From the human T2T-CHM13v2.0 reference genome, Homo sapiens, in NCBI RefSeq assembly GCF_009914755.1, contig NC_060925.1: a stretch of DNA of 64,000 nucleotides. One strand, given 5' to 3'. The first letter of the stretch is position 1. The number at the start of each line of letters is the position of its first letter. Below are positions 31,431 through 43,020 of the stretch, in pieces. Below the pieces are notes generated by a model. That model saw only the letters and a program-made list of their open reading frames with translations, ran no database searches and had not been told where the DNA came from. Both the position numbers and the translations under genes were made by a program.

Positions 31431-34073
31431 ACTAGTGTAGTTCTACATATGTAATATGTTCTCATTTTGCACAAATCTGGACAAAATGTAATCTTTATGG
31501 CCTTAGACATCTAATCATATATTAAATTTAAAATTAGCACCATAGTAAAAATTTTTTGAACATTATTTGCAAATTTTAAAAAAATTACCTATTAGGAAAT
31601 TATTGCCTATGGATTCACTAGATACTTTAATGAATAACATGAATAATATTTTTTCATTCATTTAATGAATAATTACTTGACATTTTTCCCTAATGAACTG
31701 AAATATTTATTTAAAACAGCTATTTACTTGTAACTTTAATAGTAATTAGAATACTCGTCTTTAAGTAGAGTTCACTGGTAGTACAGTGTTATAGTTGATG
31801 GATTTAATAATGTTGAAGTTATTGTACTGGCATCTTATTTTCAAGACTGTACCAACAGAACAGCACATTTTGAAGGAATCTGAGCCATTTTGTAATAGGA
31901 AAATACCTCATATGAGTCATTTCCTATTATATTTTGCTGTAGTGAGTTTTAGAATTTCATAATTTTAATGAAGCAGTTTATAGAAGCATGTTTCCTCAGA
32001 GGGTTTTTAGTAATACATGAGAATTCTACAGCCTTTGACAAATGAGTTTAAAACATAAATATGAGTAAAATGTGGTATTATTTATAAAGGATTCTTTTCT
32101 ACCTGGTGATTTTTTTTTTTTTGGAATGCCTCTTTTCTAACTCAGCAATACAGAATTTCTTAGTACCTAAAGCATATAGAGTTGAACCTTGTTTTTTTAT
32201 TCATCTTCTGATGGATTGCAGATAGAATTACATCTATTAAAACAAAACGAGATTTAGTAAAAGCTGCTACAAGTCACAGGTAGACCATGAAATGAATATT
32301 AATCTTTCCTCCTCAACAGCCATCTTATCAAAGTATTCCTTAGGTGGGTGGCTAAGGTAGAAAAAGACTGATGTATGGCCTGTGATATTTTCCCCATCGT
32401 GCTCTCAGGAAGGACACCTGTTGACCTTCAGGTAGTGCTCATTACCAGCCCTAGTGCATCCCGTTGCTGTCTGATATGCTGCTGCCTTGCCCTGTGGCCC
32501 CAAATTAACCAGCCTAGCATAGATTACTTTGATGGGTAATTTCCCGACATTACATTAATTCAGTTCAACAGAGTAGAAGAAGACAGGCTCTATTTATCTG
32601 AAACAGTTAATGAGGCTTCATAGTTAGCCGCCATAGCCCTCAAAGTAAGCCAGCGTTAGCAGACTGGACAATTGCTCCAATTCCTTATGAGAACTGACCC
32701 AGCATTTGATGTAGTATGATGTCTTCATTCATTCTACAGCTTTCCAGGAACACCAACCGAGCTTACAGAATGACAAAAGTTTATCCATAACCACAGCATA
32801 TCTATGTTTTTGATTTTATTTATCAATAACCACAGTGACTTTATGTCTGTGATTTTATGTCACAAATGATTGCAATTAATTGATCCTTATTAATATTTTC
32901 TAAATGTATTCCATAGAAATAACGTTAAAGCATGTTTCTGTAATCAAATAATTTTGTTTTTTGTGGTGGTTGTTTGAATATTTCATCAGGGATTTGAGAA
33001 TTTTTATTATGCTCCTATACATTGTGATTCTCCAAGCTTTATTTGGCCATAAATGTTTTTATTTTATTTTAATATTTTAAATTAAGATCATCCTTTTAGT
33101 TGAGAATCTTTTCTATAAACAATACTCTTTTCTACTCTTGATGTGGGTAATAGTGTAGTTGTACACATAGCACAATTGCAGATTTCTGAGGCATTGAAAA
33201 TAAAGAATTCATGATCCCACATATTGACTGAAGTAAAGTTTGTGCATCTGTGGTTTAAGCATTACAAACCACAATGTTAACAATAGATTTTGCATATTAA
33301 AGAGCATTCTCGTAATGAACTGTGTGTTACAAAATATTGCCACAAAGCTGTCTTTGTAATTCTCTGTTAGGGATTTGGCTTCATTCTTTCCTTAAGGCCA
33401 AACTTCATCTTGAGACTTGGAAAGTGTCCTCATTATGCTAGGATGCAACTGTTCTTATAGTTATACAAAGAGGCAATAAACATTGCCAAGGATCAAGGTA
33501 ACAATTTTATAGTATTATGCCATCCCAGCAGAGGTCATCTGAAGTTGATAAAATAGCTCCTGTATGATCAGAGACCTTTGACTTAATGAAAATGGTTATA
33601 ACAGCTCCAGAAAATTGACTCACTCAGTAAAGCTGTCTTTTACATAAAATGACATATTTTTTTTCTGTTTGGAATGATCTTTTCTGCTGAATACTGCCTT
33701 AAAGTTTTAAATGAGCTTAGGCCAAAAACCTTACAAAACAAATGAATTTGTAATACTTTTGACTCACTGGCCTATAGTTCACCTTTGCAGAAACTGCTAG
33801 TGAAGCACATTTGCTGCATCTTCAACAAGGACAGGGCTGACTCTGCCAAATTGCAAATGAACGTTCTTCTATGCCACTTCCTGGAGTCCTTGCCTTCTCT
33901 TGTCCTGTCTTACTTGGAGCGTCCTCTTAAAACCTCTGCTAATGACAGCATTTCAGGCAATGTAATAAAGCGGAGATGGAGATACTTGTGAGATGAAGGC
34001 CTGCCTAGAGTTCCAAATAGCACACTGCAGAAGCCAACACTGATTCAATCTGTCATCAGGGTTACCTGAACCG

Positions 34074-34968
34074 GGAGGCTGGCTAGCTCACTTTATTTTA
34101 TTTTTTTAATTATAAATAAACTTTATTGGTATAGTAGTTTGGAACATGATCTGTGTAGATTATTGACCTCCATCTTGGTAAAATAGGGATAGTAATAGTA
34201 CCTCATGAGTTTGCAAGAGTAAAACGAGTTTAAAAACAGATAATGCTGTCCGGGCATGGTGGCTCACGCCTGTAATCCCAACACTTTGGGAGGCCGAGGA
34301 AGGTGGATCATGAGGTCAGGAGTTCGAGACCAGCCCGATCCACACGCTGAAACCCCATCTCTACTAAAAATACAAAAATTAGCTGGGTGTGGTGGCACAT
34401 GCCTGTAATCCCAGCTACTCAGGAGGCTGAGGCAGGAGAATCACTTGAACCTAGAAGGTGGAGGTTGCAGTGAGCCAAGATCACGCAACTACACTCCAGC
34501 CTGGGTGACAGAGCAAGACTCCATCTCAAAAAAAAAAAAAAAAAAAAAGATAATGCTTAGAATAATATCTAGCACATAGAAAGTGCTCAATAAATATTCA
34601 TTATTGGTGTTATCATTGTTTCTACTTCTCACATCCCAGAGCTTTTTACACTTACCTCCCAAGTCATCCACCATTTGGTTCTGTACAATACTGAAGCTCT
34701 TCCATTTACAAACTTCCAATTAACATAATTTCAGAGACAGACAAAGCAATCCTCCAGGAAAAAAGAATGCAGAAGCTGCATACACTATAGATGGTGACAG
34801 TGGCCAATGACAGACTGTCATTTTGAACTAGTGACAGATTAACTTAGCAACAGTCTTTCTGAGACTAACCTATCCCAGGAAAGATTAGCTTTCTCTGTTT
34901 TCTTTTTTCTTTTCTTTTTTTTTTCACTAGCCAGCACTAGATTTATTTTTAGGAGGCTAGCTCACTTT
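34074..34968 (-). mobile_element. L1-mediated insertion of non-L1 DNA (orphan 3' transduction or retrocopy)
   Basis: TSD GGCTAGCTCACTTT (34081-94 / 34955-68), CTTT/AA endonuclease site, T-tract 34092-34107, minus-strand AATAAA at 34122-27. Confidence 0.75.
34248..34548 (+). mobile_element. AluS (Sg-like) inserted in a MIR (34140-34615)
   Basis: ggatcatgaggtcaggagttcg; A21 tail; TSD agataatgct; MIR continues on both sides. Confidence 0.96.
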
Positions 34969-35369
34969 AAATAGAAGGGCAGACTATTCTCTGCAAGCAC
35001 CTTTTTAGCAGCAGCCTTAATATTCAAATTACTCTTGTGTTAATGATAGCTAATTCACCTTGGTAGAGTAAAGCACTAATGAAACTGTCTAAGGTGATGC
35101 AAATGTATTCTGTGAGTCATGTCAGTTGGTCGGCCAGGTGAAACAAAGGTGAACTGTGAAAGAAGATAAGGAGAACCACAAAATGCAAAGGTAATTTTTT
35201 GTCAGAAAACGGACCAACAGAAAAAGTGTTATACTTCCCAATAATGCCCCTTTCATCCCTGTGGTACTCATTTATTCCACTTGTACTTACAGAGGCTCTG
35301 GGTCTCCCTGCCCTGTGTATCTCTGCTCCGTATGAGTTTCAGTGGTGTGACCTTAGCACTTCAGAATGT

Positions 35370-35481
35370 TAAGGTGACCTATAGTACCAGTTTGCCCAGG
35401 TTGAGGGGTTTCCTGGGACACAGAAATTTTAGTTCTAAAACCAGGGCAGTCCGAGGCAAGCCAGGATGGCTTGTCACCTTA
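35370..35481 (+). mobile_element. MER81 (hAT-Blackjack MITE)
   Basis: TIRs taaggtgac/gtcacctta, 112 bp, internal gaggggtttcctgggaca...ctaaaaccaggg. Confidence 0.85.
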
Positions 35482-36557
35482 GTTAACAAGCAGATAAGTG
35501 CTTTTCAGGCCACCTTCTCTCTCCCTCCAACTTAGATCTGCAGTAGTTCACAGGAATGAAAAAAGCATGGTTTTAAAATGAAAAGGTCATCGCTTAACTT
35601 ATTTGTGGCTAGGCAAGATAGTGAACATTTTTCACCCCATGTTTTTACATTTATAAAATGAAGATAATAAAGTTTATCTCACACGATTGCAGGAATATGG
35701 AAAAACTTCTTACAAAGAGCACTAAGTCAATGTCAGCCTCCTCTAATTTTCACAGGTGTTTTGGTCCTTGAAGACTGTAAGCCAATACTTTTTACAAAAC
35801 ACAGGTATTCTAAATTTTTGCTGTAAAACTGACCTCCTCAACACTTACATGGAGCCTTGTATTTAAGAACTTTATTTTACAGTCCTTGAATATATCTGAG
35901 TATTCCAGATGACTCACATGAATATTCAAGGCCATTGAGGTGTTATGTTACATTAGGTGAATATCTTCTCTAATAAAGTTGTCTACACAACGTCAGGTAA
36001 CTTTGATTTGGTCAGCTCAGTAGGAAAAACTCAACTACTGCTTAAACTTATGTGTGGTTCCTGATTTAACTTGTAATTTTGGTCAAAGTGGTAGATCTGG
36101 TAACTTTAGGCTGACTCCTCATGAACTATAAAGCAGCTCTGAGTTGGATATGGCACATTTCAGCAGAGGCATGTCATTTTACCTCACTTCATCCTTCCCT
36201 GCTTTCTGGGACTGGTCTAGACTCACTAAGTCTCAAAATATAGCACTTTCTGGTATTGAAAAAAACAAAAATATATCTGCTTTGTGCTTTTAAATATTTG
36301 GTCATATATTTACAGCTCAGAAACTTAGGCATTTTTCTCCCATACTTTGTTGATCATGGACTTCAAGGCAACTTTTGCACATAATTGAAAATCTTAAGCT
36401 AAGGAGAGAAGGTAGAGTGTGAGCTTATTTCACTAAAAAGTAGTGGATTTGTCATTTTTTAAACATGTCTCTGTTTCTATTCTATTCAATATTTACTATT
36501 ATTAACTCAACATAAATGTTACTATTCTCTAAGGTCAGAGATAGGAAAATCTGTGTA

Positions 36558-36616
36558 TTAAGTTGATGCCATTACTCTTAATGGCATAAGCCACAATTAC
36601 TTTTGCACTAACCTAG
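36558..36616. mobile_element. MADE1 (Hsmar1 MITE), internally deleted
   Basis: TA-flanked ttaagttgatgccattactcttaatggc...caattacttttgcactaaccta. Confidence 0.8.
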
Positions 36617-36699
36617 TAATATGGAGGGCCATTTGAGGACCACTCACAAACTCTATTGACTCAATAGACATATGTTCTGATCATAAAACTTTAAAAAAC

Positions 36700-37000
36700 A
36701 CTATGCTCATCACTGCTTCTATACCTTTGCACATGTTGTTCTCCCTTACTAATATGCCCACATTACACCCTCTTAATTATAGTGTGGGGTATAATGGGAC
36801 ACTTATACTCATTAGTTAATACCTAGTTCAAATGAACTTCAATGTATAGCTTTTTGGAAAAATTTATGCTGTAGCTTCCTGTTCACATACCTATCTCCTT
36901 AATAAACTGATCTCTATAGCTCACTTAATTCTTCTATCCCCAGCTCCTAGTGTAAGTTCTGGCAGTGCATATTAAAATAAAATAAAATTTTGTTGAAAGA
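36700..37000 (+). mobile_element. L2 3' fragment
   Basis: cctttgcacatgttgttc, tatccccagctcctag...ctggca...aaattttgttgaa. Confidence 0.65.
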
Positions 37001-37085
37001 ATTAACAAATAGATGAAAGATGAGTTTTTAGGTTAAGTTTGGCCATTAACTTACTGTGTACACTGGAGTAAGTCATTAGCCTGTC

Positions 37086-37727
37086 TTTGGGACTCAGAAA
37101 CTGATACCCCCAAATGAAGGCCTTCAAAGCAGCCTCAGAAGCAAGAGTTTTTCTGTGACCTTCTCCTGCCCTCCTGTCTCCCCATCCCATTCTCCCCTGA
37201 CGTAAGCCTAGAAATGAGAATCCCTCTTCACCGAGGTGGGTCGTAGAAAGCAGAACCCCTTTTCCCCAACGTCAGCCACAAAAACCTAAAAATATTACTC
37301 TAACTTTCCCTCTGTCCTATCTGTGTAAAAGCTGGCTACAAAGAAATTATCTGACCTAACTTTCTTGATTATAGATCATAAGACCCTCACTCTGGAGAGG
37401 GTCCTGCCTCATACCCAGAAGGAAGGAATACCTGCTCTGAAAAGCCAAGAAGAATCTAGACAGACAGGCCTTACTGGGTTTCCTTACTCAGCCTATTAGC
37501 ATTAGAACATGCTCTTTTTGTCCAATCATCTTTCTACATGGCAGACCGTACTTTGCTGAACCTAAGTATAAAAATGGACAATTTCCCCTGTATCTTTGGG
37601 TCTTCATTTGGTAGGTTCCCATGTATACACGTTAAATACATTTGTATGCCTTTTCTCTACTTAATCTGCCTTTTTTTGAGTCAATTTGTCAACTAACCTT
37701 GAGAGAGCAAATCCATTGGCCCCTTCA
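37086..37727 (+). mobile_element. MER39/MER39B ERV1 solo LTR, inserted in a MIR
   Basis: gggactcagaaactgatacccccaaatgaaggcc...gcagcctcagaagc...ttggccccttca. Confidence 0.88.
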
Positions 37728-38018
37728 CCATCAAAGTTTCTTTACCTATAAAATAAAAGTACTAGATTTTATGGTATATCACATCATTGTACCCAGTCAA
37801 TAATGCCCCTTCCCTGTCCCTCAAAGTGGACTATACAGCTCAGCTCAGTGCCAGGCAACTCCCAGTTCTTCCTGTAGGTAAAGTATAATTCCCGCCCATG
37901 ATCAGAATGCCAAGGGAAGTAACAGTGTTTCAGTTTTGAGGAGAAAGTGTTTCAGTTAAGAGCCTGAATTAGAGTTGTGGCTGATGTGTAGCCTACATAT
38001 ATTATGAATGAGACTTAA

Positions 38019-38431
<413 letters not shown>

Positions 38432-38625
38432 TCACTTGGGTATTTTAAATATATTTAGAAAAGATGAGCTTAAGAAGTGTGTGAGGCAACCTTAAATTCA
38501 TGAAATACATCTTCCGACTAGTTTGTCACTGATCTTTTAGGTTAGCTTGAGCCATCTTCTAACAAGCACTTGAAAACCAACAGAAGTTCATCATAGTTGT
38601 TCCAGCACAAGTTCTGGCACCCAAC

Positions 38626-39167
38626 TGTTATGGGAGGCAAAGTCTAAGTTGGTCCCCCAATAATCCCTACATGCTAGTAATCAAGGCCTTTCATTGAGTA
38701 ACTTACTTATAAGTAATACAGTACCTCAGTGTTGAGGGGATATTGCTTCTATCATTAGATCGCAAAAGATTCTGACTTTTGTGTTGGTAGCAGACTCTCT
38801 CCTTTGCTGGCTTTGATGAAGCAAGCTGAAATGTTGAGAGTTACATATGGCAAAGAACTGAGGTTGGTCTCTGTCCAGTAACCAAAAAAAGACTGAGGCT
38901 TTCAGTCTAAAAACCTGTGAAAAATGGAATCTTGCCAACAATCACACAATCTTAGAAACAGATCCTTACCATTCTGGCTTACAAATGAGATGACAGCCCT
39001 GGGTGACACCTTGATAAGAGGCATGTGAGAGAGAGACTCTGAAGAAGAGGACCCAATGAAGCTGTGCAGGGACTCTTTACCATAGAAGCTATGAGATAAT
39101 AAATGTGTGTCACTCTGATCCTCTAAGTTTACAGTAATGTTTTACACAGGAATAGATAACTAATATA
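38626..39167 (+). mobile_element. MLT1E/F-type MaLR solo LTR
   Basis: tgctggctttgatgaagcaagctg, atggcaaagaactgagg, tgagataataaatgtgtgt...aatagataactaatata. Confidence 0.85.
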
Positions 39168-39179
39168 ACTGTGATTTAT

Positions 39180-39650
39180 TAATTCAACCATCTGTTCATT
39201 CTACAAATGTTGATGAAGTATTTATTATGTACTAGAACAATGTTGGCACTGGGGATATAACAATGAACAACAAGCAGACATGGCTGTTGTCTTTTTGGAG
39301 CTTATTGTTTAGATGGGAAGACATACGGTCAAATTTGCAATTTTAATGAAGTGTGGTACGAGTACAGAATAGGGATCATGAGACACTGGGAGTCTAAATG
39401 GCAGAAAAGCCTGACTAGTAACGTTGGTGTTGGGAGGGTTTATTTTAAAAAGTGTTATTTTTGAGTTCTGAAGAATAAGACATTTATTACATGAAAAATG
39501 AAGAGAATGCTCCAGGGAGAGAGAACTTATGTACGATGACCTAGAGATGAGAGAGAGTTTGAGAAAAGGGTAGAATTTCTCTATTTTGAATCTGAGACAG
39601 AGAAGCCTATTTAGATGTGTTGAGATAACATGAAGGCCTGGTAAATCATT
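39180..39650 (-). mobile_element. L2 3' fragment
   Basis: ttcattctacaaatgtt...ggcactggggatataacaatgaacaa...gcagacatgg. Confidence 0.75.
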
Positions 39651-39691
39651 TTCAGATTTAAGACTTCATGCTGAAGAAAATAAGCTACAAT

Positions 39692-41160
39692 TACTGGTAC
39701 GGAAACAGACACACAGACCAATGGAACAGAATAGAGGATCCAGAAATAAAGCAGCACACCTTCAATCATCTTATCTTTGTCAAAACCATTAGAAAAAAAC
39801 AAAAAACAAACAAACAAAAAAACAAGTGATGGGGAAAGGACTCCCTACTCAATAAACGATGCTGAGACAACTGGCTAGTCATATAGTCATATGCGGAAGA
39901 ATGAATTTGGACCCTACTTTTCACCACATACAAAAATTAACTCAAGATGGATTAAAGATTTAAATGAAAGACTTCAAACATTAAAAATCCTAGAAGAGAA
40001 CCTAGAAAATGACCTCAACATCAGCTTTGGCAAACAATTTATGGCTAAGTCCTCAAAAGCAATTACAATAGAAACAAAAATTGAGAAGTGTAACCTAATT
40101 AAATGAAAGAACTTCAGCACAGCAAAAGAAAGTATCAACAGAGTGAACAGACAATCTACAGAATGGGAGAAAATATTCACAAACTATGCATCCAAAAAGT
40201 GTCTAATATCCACAATGTATAAGGAACGTAAACAACTCAAAAAGCCAAAAAAGAAAATACAAAAAAAAAAAAACCCTATTAAAAAGTGAGCAGAGGACAT
40301 GAAGAGATACTTCTCAAAAGAAGACATGCAAGTGACCAATAAACATATGAAAAAAAATGATCCACCTTACTAATCACAGAAATGCAAATCAAAACCACAA
40401 TAAGATAATGTCTGATACCAGTCAGAGTGGCTGTTATTAAAAAGTCAAAAAATAGCAGATGCTGATGAGGCTGCAGAGAAAAAAAGAATATTTATACACT
40501 GTTGGTGGGGATGTAAATTAGTTCAGCCACTGTGGAGAGAGGTATGGAGGTTTCTCAAACAACTTAAAACAGAGTCACCATTCAACCCAGCAATTCTATT
40601 ATTGTATATATACCCAAAGAAAAATAAATTATTCTTCAAAAAAGACACATGCACTTGTATGTTCATTGCAGCACTATTCACAACAGCAAAGACAAGGAAT
40701 CACCCTAGATGTCCATCAACAGTGGACTGGATAAAGAAAATGCTGTACATGTATACCACAGAATACTATGCAGCCATAAAAAAGAAAGAAATCATGTCCT
40801 TTACAGTAGTGTGAATGCAGCTGGAAGCCATTATCCTAAGCAAATTAATGCAGGAACAGAAAACCAAATACTGCATGTAGTCACTAATAAGTGAGAGCTG
40901 AACATTGGGTACTCATGGACTTTAAGATGACAACAATGACACAGGGGTCTACTAGAGGTGGGAGGGAAGGAGGGACAAGCACCGAAGAACTACCTATTGA
41001 ATACTATGCTCACTATCTGAGTGATGAGATCATTCATACCTTAAACCCCAGCATCACACAATTAACCCATGTAACAAACCTACACATGAATCTAAAATAG
41101 AATCTCAACCCACTGAATCTAAAATAGAAGTTGACATTAGAAAAAAAAATTAAAAAAATA
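39692..41160 (+). mobile_element. L1PA15/16-type 5'-truncated LINE-1 (ORF2 C-terminus + 3'UTR)
   Basis: ORFs [36 protein letters not shown]; A-tail; degenerate TSD aaaataagctacaa/aaaataaactacca. Confidence 0.92.
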
Positions 41161-41254
41161 AACTACCACTGATAACTTTTAACAGATGAAGAACATGGTC
41201 ACATTTTTGTCTTTGGAAAGAACATTCTGCTTGCATTGTGGAGAATGGTTTTTC

Positions 41255-41560
41255 TATTGGTTACATTCAGCTGAAGCAGAGCTATGGTGACTTTAATATT
41301 AGTGATTTACTGTAGGAAATGAGCCTTATAAAATGTAGGAGAATGAGGGATGCAAATGTCTGGAAAAAGAGCATGAAGATCTAAAAGGCCAAGCACATCC
41401 AGCCTCTGGAGAAAACCTGAAGGAGTTGTTTGTGGAGAGGTCTCTGACAAGCGGTTGCCTCTGTGTGGCTACTTCCTCTGGAATCCACAGATATGAATCT
41501 GATGGTGAGCCAGGGGTTGCTGTTGGCAGACCAGAAGCTGGGAAGATAAGCTGCGCATGC
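41255..41560 (-). mobile_element. Old ERVL-type LTR fragment
   Basis: gatttactgtaggaaatgagccttataaaatgtaggag resembles the LTR41/50-class antisense start. Confidence 0.3.
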
Positions 41561-42769
41561 TTCTACTATGCTCTACATTTTCTTTTTTCTGTAGTCTCAT
41601 CACCTTCCAACTGACTGTAAAATTCTTTCCTTTGTTATATTTATTGTGTCTCCTAATTAGAAATATAAACTCCATGAGTGTGGGAATATCTGAACATTAT
41701 TTTTATTCCTATCCATTAATATTTATTTCTATTACTAAGTAGCTTAGATCTATCCCGAAACAATGCCTGGTTCATCAGATACATATAAAAAATAGAAAAT
41801 TTATGTAATTTTGGTTATAAAGGTATATATATTGGCAGGTGTTTTGTGATAATTCTTCAAAGTTATTAATTGGCTCTATTTTGCTTATGTTAAGATAATA
41901 AACAGTTTATCTCAAATATAATTACAAATGTTTTAATGTTTCTACACCAGGATTGAGGCGTTTTATTTAATTCTTACTTTACTCCTTACTACAGAGATGG
42001 AAATCAACTTAAATGAATTCTAATGATGATGATTGAATAAATTAACATTGGAGGAAATTGTGTTCATAAATGCATAGTCACATGGGGACATAGATCAGTT
42101 GTCTTTTTCTGTAATATTTATCTTCAGTTCATATCTGATCAATTTATTTTGATGATTCACTTTCCAAATTATGGAGCTTTCCCTGTGGTTCTGCATTTTT
42201 ATATTATTGGACTGTTCTAAAAGTGGCAATTTTTCTAATTTCTAATCCTTGTAAAGTCCTTATGCTTGTTCTTCACATTGGGACTTAGATTAGGAAGCAG
42301 AAGATTTCTGTTTCCATTAGAGATGATGTCTTGTTAGATAGAATTGATTTCAGTAACTTGTTCTCCTGAGATAAAGTCACTTTCAAGTTTCTTGAATAAC
42401 TTGCCATCAAATTTCTCATGATTAGTACTCAACAATTTCTCAGCTTAAAAGTCTTCTTGTATATTAATGTTGCAAAACTCTGCCTGGTTTTGATTCATAG
42501 ATTCAGGTGTGACAGTTCATCCCTTGCCCCCTGGGAAACCCAGTGAAAAGGTCTTTTTGAATATGAGCTTGTTTTCATATATATACAGTGACTTCCTGGG
42601 GCTGTTTGTGAAAGTTTGCTGGAAATGAATGCAGGCATCTTGGGGTGAGGGTGGGGTATTGTACAGATTGTGGATTCTACTTCTACTTTGTATCTTTCTT
42701 TTTGTTTGCTGTATCTTCTTTACTTCTACCTCTATCCGACTTCATTTAATCCTGGACCACAAATTAGAA

Positions 42770-43020
42770 CACTAGAGGGACATTATAGAAAGTGGCTTTA
42801 AAATGTGACAGGGTTTGGATTAAATTATAGCTGTGCTAGCCACGCCATTTACAAACTACATGGCCTTAGGCATTTAACTTAGTTTTGTCAACCCCTGATT
42901 TTCTCATCTGTAATATAGATAATTTCTTTATCTCAAAGTTGTATGAGAATTTAAATTGTGTGTGTGTGTGTGTCTGCAGTTTCTGGCACCCTATAGGTGC
43001 TCAAAAATGTTATTTACTGG
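42770..43020 (+). mobile_element. MIR with internal (TG)n
   Basis: ggccttaggcatttaact...ttctcatctgtaa...ctggcacc...aggtgctcaaaaatgtt. Confidence 0.75.

Noticed and set aside
41900-42560. Possible antisense hAT transposase relic
   Set aside because: Composition is suggestive, but I could not establish TIRs or a protein motif by eye.
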